Source of the DNA: Eledone cirrhosa
Taxonomy: Eukaryota
Assembly: GCA_964016885.1 (NCBI GenBank)
Contig: OZ024742.1
Location: forward strand, 165,726,001 to 165,790,000
Length of the DNA: 64,000 bases
Reading direction: 5' to 3'
In this document: positions 52,990 through 64,000 of the stretch, in pieces
Numbering within the stretch: position 1 is the first letter of the stretch
Layout of the letters: each line of letters starts with the position of its first letter
Position numbers and translations under genes: made by a program
Notes under the pieces: generated by a model
The model's database searches: none
The model's input: only the letters and a program-made list of their open reading frames with translations
Told to the model about the DNA's origin: nothing

Positions 52990-55900
52990 TGATAGGAACA
53001 TCACTGCTTTCTACTGTTCCAGGATGAGGTGTAAGTCACACCTCCTGATAGGAACATCACTGCTTTCTACAGTTCCAGGATTAGGGGTAAGTCACAACTC
53101 CTGATAGGAACATCACTGCTTTCTACAGTTCCAGGATGAGATGTCTTTCACAACTCCTGATAGGAACATCACTGCTTTCTACAGTTCCAGGATGAGGTGT
53201 CAGTCGCAACTCCTGATAGGAACATCACTGCTTTCTACAGTTCCAGGATTAGGTGTAAGTCACAACTCCTGATAGGAACATGACTGCTTTCTACTGTTCC
53301 AGGATGAGGTGTAAGTCACACCTCCTGATAGGAACATCACTGCTTTCTACTGTTCCAGGATGAGGTGTCAGTCACAACTCCTGATAGGAACATCACTGCT
53401 TTCTACAGTTCCAGGATGAGGTGTAAGTCACAACTCCTGATAGGAACATCACTGCTTTCTACAATTCCAGGATGAGATGTCTGTCACAACTCCTGATAGG
53501 AACATCACTGCTTTCTACAGTTGCAGGATGAGGTGTCAGTCACAACTCCTGATAGGAACATTACTGCTTACTACAGTTCCAGAATGAGGTGTCAGTCACA
53601 ACTCCTGATAGGAACATCACTGCTTTCTACAGTTCCAGGATGAGGTGTCAGTCACAACTCCTGATAGGAAGATCACTGCTTTCTACAGTTCCAGAATGAG
53701 GTGTCAGTCACAACTCCTGATAGGAACATCACTGCTTTCTACAGTTCCAGGATGAGATGTCTGTCACAACTCCTGATAGGAACATCACTGCTTTCTACAG
53801 TTCCAGGATGAGGTGTCAGTCACAACTCCTGATAGGACCATCACTGCTTTCTACTGTTCCAGGATGAGGTGTCAGTCACAACTCCTGATAGGAACATCAC
53901 TACTTTCTACAGTTCCAGCATGAGGTGTCAGTCACAACTCCTGATAGGAACATCACTGCTTTCTACAGTTCCAGGATGAGGTGTAAGTCACACCTCCTGA
54001 TAGGAACATCACTGCTTTCTACTGTTCCAGAATGAGGTGTCAGTTACAACTCCTGATAGGAACATCACTGCTTTCTACAGTTCCAGGATGAGGTGTAAGT
54101 CACAACTCCTGATAGGAACATCACTGCTTTCTACAGTTCCAGGATGAGGTGTAAGTCACAACTCCTGATAGGAACATCACTGCTTTCTACAGTTCCAGGA
54201 TGAGGTGTAAGTCACAACTCCTGATAGGAACATCACTGCTTTCTACAGTTCCAGGATGAGGTGTCAGTCACACCTCCTGATAGGAACATCACTGCTTTCT
54301 ACAGTTCCATGATGGGGAATGTCACAACTCCTGATAGGAACATCACTGCTTTCTACTGTTCCAGGATGAGGTGTCAGTCACAACTCCTGATAGGAACATC
54401 ACTGCTTTCTACACTTCCAGGATGAGGTGTCAGTCACAACTCCTGATAGGAACATCACTGCTTTCTACAGTTCCAGGATGAGATGTCTGTCACAACTCCT
54501 GATAGGAACATCACTGCTTTCTACAGTTCCAGGATGAGGTGTCAGTCACAACTCGTGATAGGAACATCACTGCTTTCTACAGTTCCAGGATGAGGTGTCA
54601 GTCACAACTCCTGATAGGAACATCACTGCTTTCTACAGTTCCAGGATGAGTTGTCAGTCACAACTCCTGATAGGAACATCACTGCTTTCTACTGTTCCAG
54701 AAGGAGGTGTCAGTCACAACTCCTGATAGAACATCACTGCTTTCTACAGTTCCAGAATGAGGTGTCAGTCACAACTCCTGATAGGAACATCACTGCATTC
54801 TACAGTTCCAGGATGAGGTGTCAGTTACAACTCCTGATAGAACATCACTGCTTTCTACTGTTCCAGGATGGGGTGTCAGTCACAACTCCTGATAGGAACA
54901 TCACTGCTTTCTAGAGTTCCAGAATGAGGTGTCAGTCACAACTCCTGATAGGAACATCACTGCTTTCTACAGTTCCAGAATGAGTTGTCAGTCACAACTC
55001 CTGATAGGAACATCACTACTTTCTACAGTTCCAGGATGAGGTGTCAGTCACAACTCCTGATAGGAACATCACTACTTTCTACAGTTCCAGGATGAGGTGT
55101 CAGTCACAACTCCTGATAGGAACATCACTGATTTCTACAGTTCCAGGATGAGATGTCTGTCACAACTCCTGATAGGAACACCACTGCTTTCTACAGTTCC
55201 AGAATGAGGTGTCAGTCACAACTCCTGATAAGAACATCACTGCTTACTACGGTTCCAGGATGAGGTGTAAGTCACAACTCTTGATAGGAACATCACTGCT
55301 TTCTACAGTTCCAGAATGAGGTGTCAGTCACAACTCCTGATAGGAACATCACTGCTTTCTACTGTTCCAGGATGAGGTGTAAGTCACACCTCCTGATAGG
55401 AACATCACTGCTTTCTACAGTTCCAGGATTAGGGGTAAGTCACAACTCCTGATAGGAACATCACTGCTTTCTACAGTTCCAGGATGAGATGTCTTTCACA
55501 ACTCCTGATAGGAACATCACTGCTTTCTACAGTTCCAGGATGAGGTGTCAGTCGCAACTCCTGATAGGAACATCACTGCTTTCTACAGTTCCAGGATTAG
55601 GTGTAAATCACAACTCCTGATAGGAACATGACTGCTTTCTACTGTTCCAGGATGAGGTGTAAGTCACACCTCCTGATAGGAACATCACTGCTTTCTACTG
55701 TTCCAGGATGAGGTGTCAGTCACAACTCCTGATAGGAACATCACTGCTTTCTACAGTTCCAGGATGAGGTGTAAGTCACAACTCCTGATAGGAACATCAC
55801 TGCTTTCTACAGTTCCAGGATGAGATGTCTGTCACAACTCCTGATAGGAACATCACTGCTTTCTACAGTTGCAGGATGAGGTGTCAGTCACAACTCCTGA

Positions 55901-57000
55901 TAGGAACATTACTGCTTACTACAGTTCCAGAATGAGGTGTCAGTCACAACTCCTGATAGGAACATCACTGCTTTCTACAGTTCCAGGATGAGGTGTCAGT
56001 CACAACTCCTGATAGGAAGATCACTGCTTTCTACAGTTCCAGAATGAGGTGTCAGTCACAACTCCTGATAGGAACATCACTGCTTTCTACAGTTCCAGGA
56101 TGAGATGTATGTCACAACTCCTGATAGGAACATCACTGCTTTCTACAGTTCCAGGATGAGGTGTCAGTCACAACTCCTGATAGGACCATCACTGCTTTCT
56201 ACTGTTCCAGGATGAGGTGTCAGTCACAACTCCTGATAGGAACATCACTACTTTCTACAGTTCCAGCATGAGGTGTCAGTCACAACTCCTGATAGGAACA
56301 TCACTGCTTTCTACAGTTCCAGGATGAGGTGTAAGTCACACCTCCTGATAGGAACATCACTGCTTTCTACTGTTCCAGAATGAGGTGTCAGTTACAACTC
56401 CTGATAGGAACATCACTGCTTTCTACAGTTCCAGGATGAGGTGTAAGTCACAACTCCTGATAGGAACATCACTGCTTTCTACAGTTCCAGGATGAGGTGT
56501 AAGTCACAACTCCTGATAGGAACATCACTGCTTTCTACAGTTCCAGGATGAGGTGTAAGTCACAACTCTTGATAGGAACATCACTGCTTTCTACAGTTCC
56601 AGGATGAGGTGTAAGTCACAACTCCTGATAGGAACATCACTGCTTTCTACAGTTCCAGGATGAGGTGTCAGTCACACCTCCTGATAGGAACATCACTGCT
56701 TTCTACAGTTCCATGATGGGGAATGTCACAACTCCTGATAGGAACATCACTGCTTTCTACTGTTCCAGGATGAGGTGTCAGTCACAACTCCTGATAGGAA
56801 CATCACTGCTTTCTACACTTCCAGGATGAGGTGTCAGTCACAACTCCTGATAGGAACATCACTGCTTTCTACAGTTCCAGGATGAGATGTCTGTCACAAC
56901 TCCTGATAGGAACATCACTGCTTTCTACAGTTCCAGGATGAGGTGTCAGTCACAACTCCTGATAGGAACATCACTGCTTTCTACAGTTCCAGGATGAGGT
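52990..57000. repeat. 42/43-monomer tandem duplication (offset 2,348 bp, then 2,404 bp after a one-monomer gain)
   Basis: GGATTAGGGG at 53078 and 55426 (2348), and CCATGATGGGGAATG at 54307 and 56711 (2404). Confidence 0.82.
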
Positions 57001-59719
57001 GTCAGTCACAACTCCTGATAGGAACATCACTGCTTTCTACAGTTCCAGGATGAGGTATCAGTCACAACTCCTGATAGGAACATCACTGCTTTCTACAGTT
57101 CCAGGATGAGGTGTCAGTCACAACTCCTGATAGGAACATCACTGCTTTCTACAGTTCCAGGATGAGGTGTCAGTCACAACTCCTGATAGGAACATCACTG
57201 CTTTCTACAGTTCCAGGATGAGGTGTCAGTCACAACTCCTGATAGAACATCGCTGCTTTCTACTGTTCCAGGATGGGGTGTCAGTCACAACTCCTGATAG
57301 GAACATCACTGCTTTCTACAGTTCCAGGATGAGGTGTCAGTCACAACTCCTGATAGGAACATCACTGCTTTCTACAGTTCCAGGATGAGGTGTCAGTCAC
57401 AACTCCTGATAGGAACATCACTGCTTTCTACAGTTCCAGGATGAGGTGTCAGTCACAACTCCTGATAGAACATCACTGCTTTCTACTGTTCCAGGATGGA
57501 GAATGTCAACAACTCCTGATAGGAACATCACTGCTTTCTATAGTTCCAGGATGAGGTGTCAGTCACAACTCCTGATAGGAACATCACTGCTTTCTACAGT
57601 TCCAGGATGAGGTGTCAGTCACAACTCCTGATAGGAACATCACTCCTTTCTACAGTTCCAGGATGAGGTGTCAGTCACAACTCCTGATAGGAACATCACT
57701 GCTTTCTACTGTTCCAGGATGGGGTGTCAGTCACAACTCCTGATAGGAACATCACTGCTTTCTACAGTTCCAGGATGAGGTGTCAGTCACAACTCCTGAT
57801 AGGAACATCACTGCTTTCTACTGTTCCAGAAGGAGGTGTCAGTCACAACTCCTGATAGAACATCACTGCTTTCTACAGTTCCAGAATGAGGTGTCAGTCA
57901 CAACTCCTGATAGGAACATCACTGCATTCTACAGTTCCAGGATGAGGTGTCAGTTACAACTCCTGATAGAACATCACTGCTTTCTACTGTTCCAGGATGG
58001 GGTGTCAGTCACAACTCCTGATAGGAACATCACTGCTTTCTAGAGTTCCAGAATGAGGTGTCAGTCACAACTCCTGATAGGAACATCACTGCTTTCTACA
58101 GTTCCAGAATGAGTTGTCAGTCACAACTCCTGATAGGAATATCACTACTTTCTACAGTTCCAGGATGAGGTGTCAGTCACAACTCCTGATAGGAACATCA
58201 CTACTTTCTACAGTTCCAGGATGAGGTGTCAGTCACAACTCCTGATAGGAACATCACTGATTTCTACAGTTCCAGGATGAGATGTCTGTCACAACTCCTG
58301 ATAGGAACACCACTGCTTTCTACAGTTCCAGAATGAGGTGTCAGTCACAACTCCTGATAAGAACATCACTGCTTACTACGGTTCCAGGATGAGGTGTAAG
58401 TCACAACTCCTGATAGGAACATCACTGCTTTCTACAGTTCCAGAATGAGGTGTCAGTCACAACTCCTGATAGGAACATCACTGCTTACTACAGTTCCAGG
58501 ATGAGGTGTAAGTCACAACTCCTGATAGGAACATCACTGCTTTCTACAGTTCCAGGATTAGGGGTAAGTCACAACTCCTGATAGAACATCACTGCTTTCT
58601 ACTGTTCCAGGATGAGGTGTCAGTCACAACTCCTGATAGGAAGATCACTGCTTTCTACAGTTCCAGGATGAGGTGTAAGTCACAACTCCTGATAGGAACA
58701 TCACTGCTTTCTACAGTTCCAGGATGAGATGTCTGTCACAACTCCTGATAGGAACATCACTGCTTTCTACAGTTGCAGGATGAGGTGTCAGTCACAACTC
58801 CTGATAGGAACATTACTGCTTACTACAGTTCCAGAATGAGGTGTCAGTCACAACTCCTGATAGGAACATCACTGCTTTCTACAGTTCCAGGATGAGGTGT
58901 CAGTCACAACTCCTGATAGGAAGATCACTGCTTTCTACAGTTCCAGAATGAGGTGTCAGTCACAACTCCTGATAGGAACATCACTGCTTTCTACAGTTCC
59001 AGGATGAGATGTATGTCACAACTCCTGATAGGAACATCACTGCTTTCTACAGTTCCAGGATGAGGTGTCAGTCACAACTCCTGATAGGACCATCACTGCT
59101 TTCTACTGTTCCAGGATGAGGTGTCAGTCACAACTCCTGATAGGAACATCACTACTTTCTACAGTTCCAGCATGAGGTGTCAGTCACAACTCCTGATAGG
59201 AACATCACTGCTTTCTACAGTTCCAGGATGAGGTGTAAGTCACACCTCCTGATAGGAACATCACTGCTTTCTACTGTTCCAGAATGAGGTGTCAGTTACA
59301 ACTCCTGATAGGAACATCACTGCTTTCTACAGTTCCAGGATGAGGTGTAAGTCACAACTCCTGATAGGAACATCACTGCTTTCTACAGTTCCAGGATGAG
59401 GTGTAAGTCACAACTCCTGATAGGAACATCACTGCTTTCTACAGTTCCAGGATGAGGTGTAAGTCACAACTCTTGATAGGAACATCACTGCTTTCTACAG
59501 TTCCAGGATGAGGTGTAAGTCACAACTCCTGATAGGAACATCACTGCTTTCTACAGTTCCAGGATGAGGTGTCAGTCACACCTCCTGATAGGAACATCAC
59601 TGCTTTCTACAGTTCCATGATGGGGAATGTCACAACTCCTGATAGGAACATCACTGCTTTCTACTGTTCGAGGATGAGGTGTCAGTCACAACTCCTGATA
59701 GGAACATCACTGCTTTCTA

Positions 59720-62700
59720 CACTTCCAGGATGAGGTGTCAGTCACAACTCCTGATAGGAACATCACTCCTTTCTACAGTTCCAGGATGAGGTGTCAGTCA
59801 CAACTCCTGATAGGAACATCACTGCTTTCTACTGTTCCAGGATGGGGTGTCAGTCACAACTCCTGATAGGAACATCACTGCTTTCTACAGTTCCAGGATG
59901 AGGTGTCAGTCACAACTCCTGATAGGAACATCACTGCTTTCTACTGTTCCAGAAGGAGGTGTCAGTCACAACTCCTGATAGAACATCACTGCTTTCTACA
60001 GTTCCAGAATGAGGTGTCAGTCACAACTCCTGATAGGAACATCACTGCATTCTACAGTTCCAGGATGAGGTGTCAGTTACAACTCCTGATAGAACATCAC
60101 TGCTTTCTACTGTTCCAGGATGGGGTGTCAGTCACAACTCCTGATAGGAACATCACTGCTTTCTAGAGTTCCAGAATGAGGTGTCAGTCACAACTCCTGA
60201 TAGGAACATCACTGCTTTCTACAGTTCCAGAATGAGTTGTCAGTCACAACTCCTGATAGGAATATCACTACTTTCTACAGTTCCAGGATGAGGTGTCAGT
60301 CACAACTCCTGATAGGAACATCACTACTTTCTACAGTTCCAGGATGAGGTGTCAGTCACAACTCCTGATAGGAACATCACTGATTTCTACAGTTCCAGGA
60401 TGAGATGTCTGTCACAACTCCTGATAGGAACACCACTGCTTTCTACAGTTCCAGAATGAGGTGTCAGTCACAACTCCTGATAAGAACATCACTGCTTACT
60501 ACGGTTCCAGGATGAGGTGTAAGTCACAACTCCTGATAGGAACATCACTGCTTTCTACAGTTCCAGAATGAGGTGTCAGTCACAACTCCTGATAGGAACA
60601 TCACTGCTTACTACAGTTCCAGGATGAGGTGTAAGTCACAACTCCTGATAGGAACATCACTGCTTTCTACAGTTCCAGGATGAGGTGTCAGTCACAACTC
60701 CTGATAGGAATATCACTGCTTTCTACAGTTCCAGGATGAGATGTCTGTCACAACTCCTGATAGGAACATCACTGCTTTCTACAGTTCCAGGATGAGGTGT
60801 CAGTCACAACTCCTGATAGGAACATCACTGCTTTCTACAGTTCCAGGATGAGGTGTAAGTCACAACTCCTGATAGGAACATCACTGCTTTCTACAGTTCC
60901 AGGATGAGATGTCTGTCACAACTCCTGATAGGAACATCACTGCTTTCTACAGTTGCAGGATAAGGTGTAAGTCACAACTCCTGATAGGAACATCACTGCT
61001 TTCTACAGTTCCAGGATGAGATGTCTGTCACAACTCCTGCTAGGAACATTACTGCTTACTACAGTTCCAGAATGAGGTGTCAGTCACAACTCCTGATAGG
61101 AACATCACTGCTTTCTACAGTTCCAGGATGAGGTGTCAGTCACAACTCCTGATAGGAACATCACTGCTTTCTACAGTTCCAGAATGAGGTGTCAGTCACA
61201 ACTCCTGATAGGAACATCACTGCTTTCTACAGTTCCAGGATGAGGTGTCAGTCACAACTCCTGATAGGAACATCACTGCTTTCTACAGTTCCAGGATGAG
61301 GTGTCAGTCACAACTCCTGATAGAACATCACTGCTTTCTACTGTTCCAGGATGGAGAATGTCAACAACTCCTGATAGGAACATCACTGCTTTCTATAGTT
61401 CCAGGATGAGGTGTCAGTCACAACTCCTGATAGGAACATCACTGCTTTCTACAGTTCCAGGATGAGGTGTCAGTCACAACTCCTGATAGGAACATCACTC
61501 CTTTCTACAGTTCCAGGATGAGGTGTCAGTCACAACTCCTGATAGGAACATCACTGCTTTCTACTGTTCCAGGATGGGGTGTCAGTCACAACTCCTGATA
61601 GGAACATCACTGCTTTCTACAGTTCCAGGATGAGGTGTCAGTCACAACTCCTGATAGGAACATCACTGCTTTCTACTGTTCCAGAAGGAGGTGTCAGTCA
61701 CAACTCCTGATAGAACATCACTGCTTTCTACAGTTCCAGAATGAGGTGTCAGTCACAACTCCTGATAGGAACATCACTGCATTCTACAGTTCCAGGATGA
61801 GGTGTCAGTTACAACTCCTGATAGAACATCACTGCTTTCTACTGTTCCAGGATGGGGTGTCAGTCACAACTCCTGATAGGAACATCACTGCTTTCTAGAG
61901 TTCCAGAATGAGGTGTCAGTCACAACTCCTGATAGGAACATCACTGCTTTCTACAGTTCCAGAATGAGTTGTCAGTCACAACTCCTGATAGGAATATCAC
62001 TACTTTCTACAGTTCCAGGATGAGGTGTCAGTCACAACTCCTGATAGGAACATCACTACTTTCTACAGTTCCAGGATGAGGTGTCAGTCACAACTCCTGA
62101 TAGGAACATCACTGATTTCTACAGTTCCAGGATGAGATGTCTGTCACAACTCCTGATAGGAACACCACTGCTTTCTACAGTTCCAGAATGAGGTGTCAGT
62201 CACAACTCCTGATAAGAACATCACTGCTTACTACGGTTCCAGGATGAGGTGTAAGTCACAACTCCTGATAGGAACATCACTGCTTTCTACAGTTCCAGAA
62301 TGAGGTGTCAGTCACAACTCCTGATAGGAACATCACTGCTTACTACAGTTCCAGGATGAGGTGTAAGTCACAACTCCTGATAGGAACATCACTGCTTTCT
62401 ACAGTTCCAGGATGAGGTGTCAGTCACAACTCCTGATAGGAATATCACTGCTTTCTACAGTTCCAGGATGAGATGTCTGTCACAACTCCTGATAGGAACA
62501 TCACTGCTTTCTACAGTTCCAGGATGAGGTGTCAGTCACAACTCCTGATAGGAACATCACTGCTTTCTACAGTTCCAGGATGAGGTGTAAGTCACAACTC
62601 CTGATAGGAACATCACTGCTTTCTACAGTTCCAGGATGAGATGTCTGTCACAACTCCTGATAGGAACATCACTGCTTTCTACAGTTGCAGGATGAGGTGT

Positions 62701-62960
62701 AAGTCACAACTCCTGATAGGAACATCACTGCTTTCTACAGTTCCAGGATGAGATGTCTGTCACAACTCCTGCTAGGAACATTACTGCTTACTACAGTTCC
62801 AGAATGAGGTGTCAGTCACAACTCCTGATAGGAACATCACTGCTTTCTACAGTTCCAGGATGAGGTGTCAGTCACAACTCCTGATAGGAACATCACTGCT
62901 TTCTACAGTTCCAGAATGAGGTGTCAGGCACAACTCCTGATAGGAACATCACTGCTTTCT
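59720..62960. repeat. 31-monomer tandem duplication (period 1,732 bp)
   Basis: Identical ORFs at 59903 and 61635, CATCACTCC at 59761 and 61493, and CCTGCTAGG recurring at the same offset (1732 = 31x56-4). Confidence 0.87.
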
Positions 62961-64000
62961 ACAGTTCCAGGATGAGATGTCTGTCACAACTCCTGATAGG
63001 AACATCACTGCTTTCTACAGTTCCAGGATGAGGTGTCAGTCACAACTCCTGATAGGAACATCACTGCTTTCTACAGTTCCAGCATGAGGTGTCAGTCACA
63101 ACTCCTGATAGGAACATCACTGCTTTCTACAGTTCCAGGATGAGGTGTCAGTCACAACTCCTGATAGAACATCACTGCATTCTACTGTTCCAGGATGGAG
63201 AATGTCAACAACTCCTGATAGGAACATCACTGATTTCTACAGTTCCAGGATGAGATGTCTGGCACAACTCCTGATAGGAACACCACTGCTTTCTACAGTT
63301 CCAGAATGAGGTGTCAGTCACAACTCCTGATAAGAACATCACTGCTTACTACAGTTCCAGGATGAGGTGTAAGTCACAACTCCTGATAGGAACATCACTG
63401 CTTTCTACAGTTCCAGAATGAGGTGTCAGTCACAACTCCTGATAGGAACATCACTGCTTACTACAGTTCCAGGATGAGGTGTAAGTCACAACTCCTGATA
63501 GGAACATCACTGCTTTCTACGGTTCCAGGATGAGGTGTCAGTCACACCTCCTGATAGGAACATCACTGCTTTCTACAGTTCCAGGATGGGGAATGTCACA
63601 ACTCCTGATAGGAACATCACTGCTTTCTACTGTTCCAGGATGAGGTGTCAATCACAACTCTTGATAGGAACATCACTGCTTTCTACAGTTCCAGGATGAG
63701 GTGTCAGTCACACTTCCTGATAGGAACATCACTGCTTTCTACAGTTCCAGGATGGGGAATGTCACAACTCCTGATAGGAACATCACTGCTTTCTACTGTT
63801 CCAGGATGAGGTGTCAGTCACAACTCCTGATAGGAACATCACTGCTTTCTACACTTCCAGGATGAGGTGTCAGTCACAACTCCTGATAGGAACATCACTG
63901 CTTTCTACAGTTCCAGGATGAGATGTCTGTCACAACTCCTGATAGGAACATCACTGCTTTCTACAGTTCCAGGATGAGGTGTCAGTCACAACTCCTGATA

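Larger units (their letters stand above)
1..64000. repeat. 56-bp tandem satellite / giant minisatellite array, about 1,143 head-to-tail monomers, running off both window ends
   Basis: CACTGCTTTCTACAG recurs at 1, 57, 113, 169 and onward to the window end. Most monomers differ from consensus by 0-3 substitutions, with occasional +2, +1, -1 or -2 bp indels. No non-repeat sequence or inversion seen. Confidence 0.99.

Noticed and set aside
27906-61898. Eleven short + strand ORFs (62-103 aa; MEHHCFLQ..., MSVTTPDR...)
   Set aside because: They are translations of the repeat. The 56-bp unit cycles through frames, and small indels or TGA-removing substitutions postpone the stop. Most begin at non-ATG codons and I recognise no protein family. 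They are useful only as duplication markers.
1-64000. CRISPR array or other repeat-spacer system
   Set aside because: There are no unique spacers: the variable part differs by only a few bases between units. No cas genes or leader are present.
1-64000. Long repetitive coding exon (mucin-like or zinc-finger array; HHC and C-rich peptides)
   Set aside because: The unit length is not a multiple of 3, and stops (TGA, TAG, TAA) recur on both strands. There is no C2H2 spacing and no long ORF in the track.
1-64000. tRNA, 5S, snRNA tandem genes or telomeric repeat
   Set aside because: The unit is too short, with no cloverleaf, A/B boxes or recognisable RNA gene sequence, and no G-rich telomeric motif.
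1-64000. Pure sequencing artefact (rolling-circle concatemer)
   Set aside because: Variants recur in exact, hierarchical multi-kb patterns, which random read error would not create. Copy numbers of individual blocks still need read validation.

Overview
The whole 64 kb window is one uninterrupted, single-orientation tandem array of a 56-bp monomer (about 1,143 copies). The consensus is CACTGCTTTCTACAGTTCCAGGATGAGGTGT(C/A)AGTCACAACTCCTGATAGGAACAT, about 46% GC with no CpG. It looks like eukaryotic satellite DNA or a very large VNTR; I do not recognise the family or organism. I saw no genes, RNA genes, transposons, CRISPR spacers or unique sequence. The listed ORFs are read-throughs made by 1-bp deletions in the repeat. 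The information lies in the order of monomer variants, which reveals nested local higher-order duplications (8, 17, 25, 31, 37, 42/43, 49, 85 and 159 monomers), four variant-defined domains, divergence rising toward the 3' end, and long-range reuse of variant cassettes. Two properties of the monomer merit testing: it is a quasi-palindrome whose recurrent variants often perfect local symmetry, and it reads like a splice acceptor, a micro-exon and a splice donor. Periods were measured by eye from marker variants, and block boundaries are approximate (about one monomer). I cannot support a novel gene system here.
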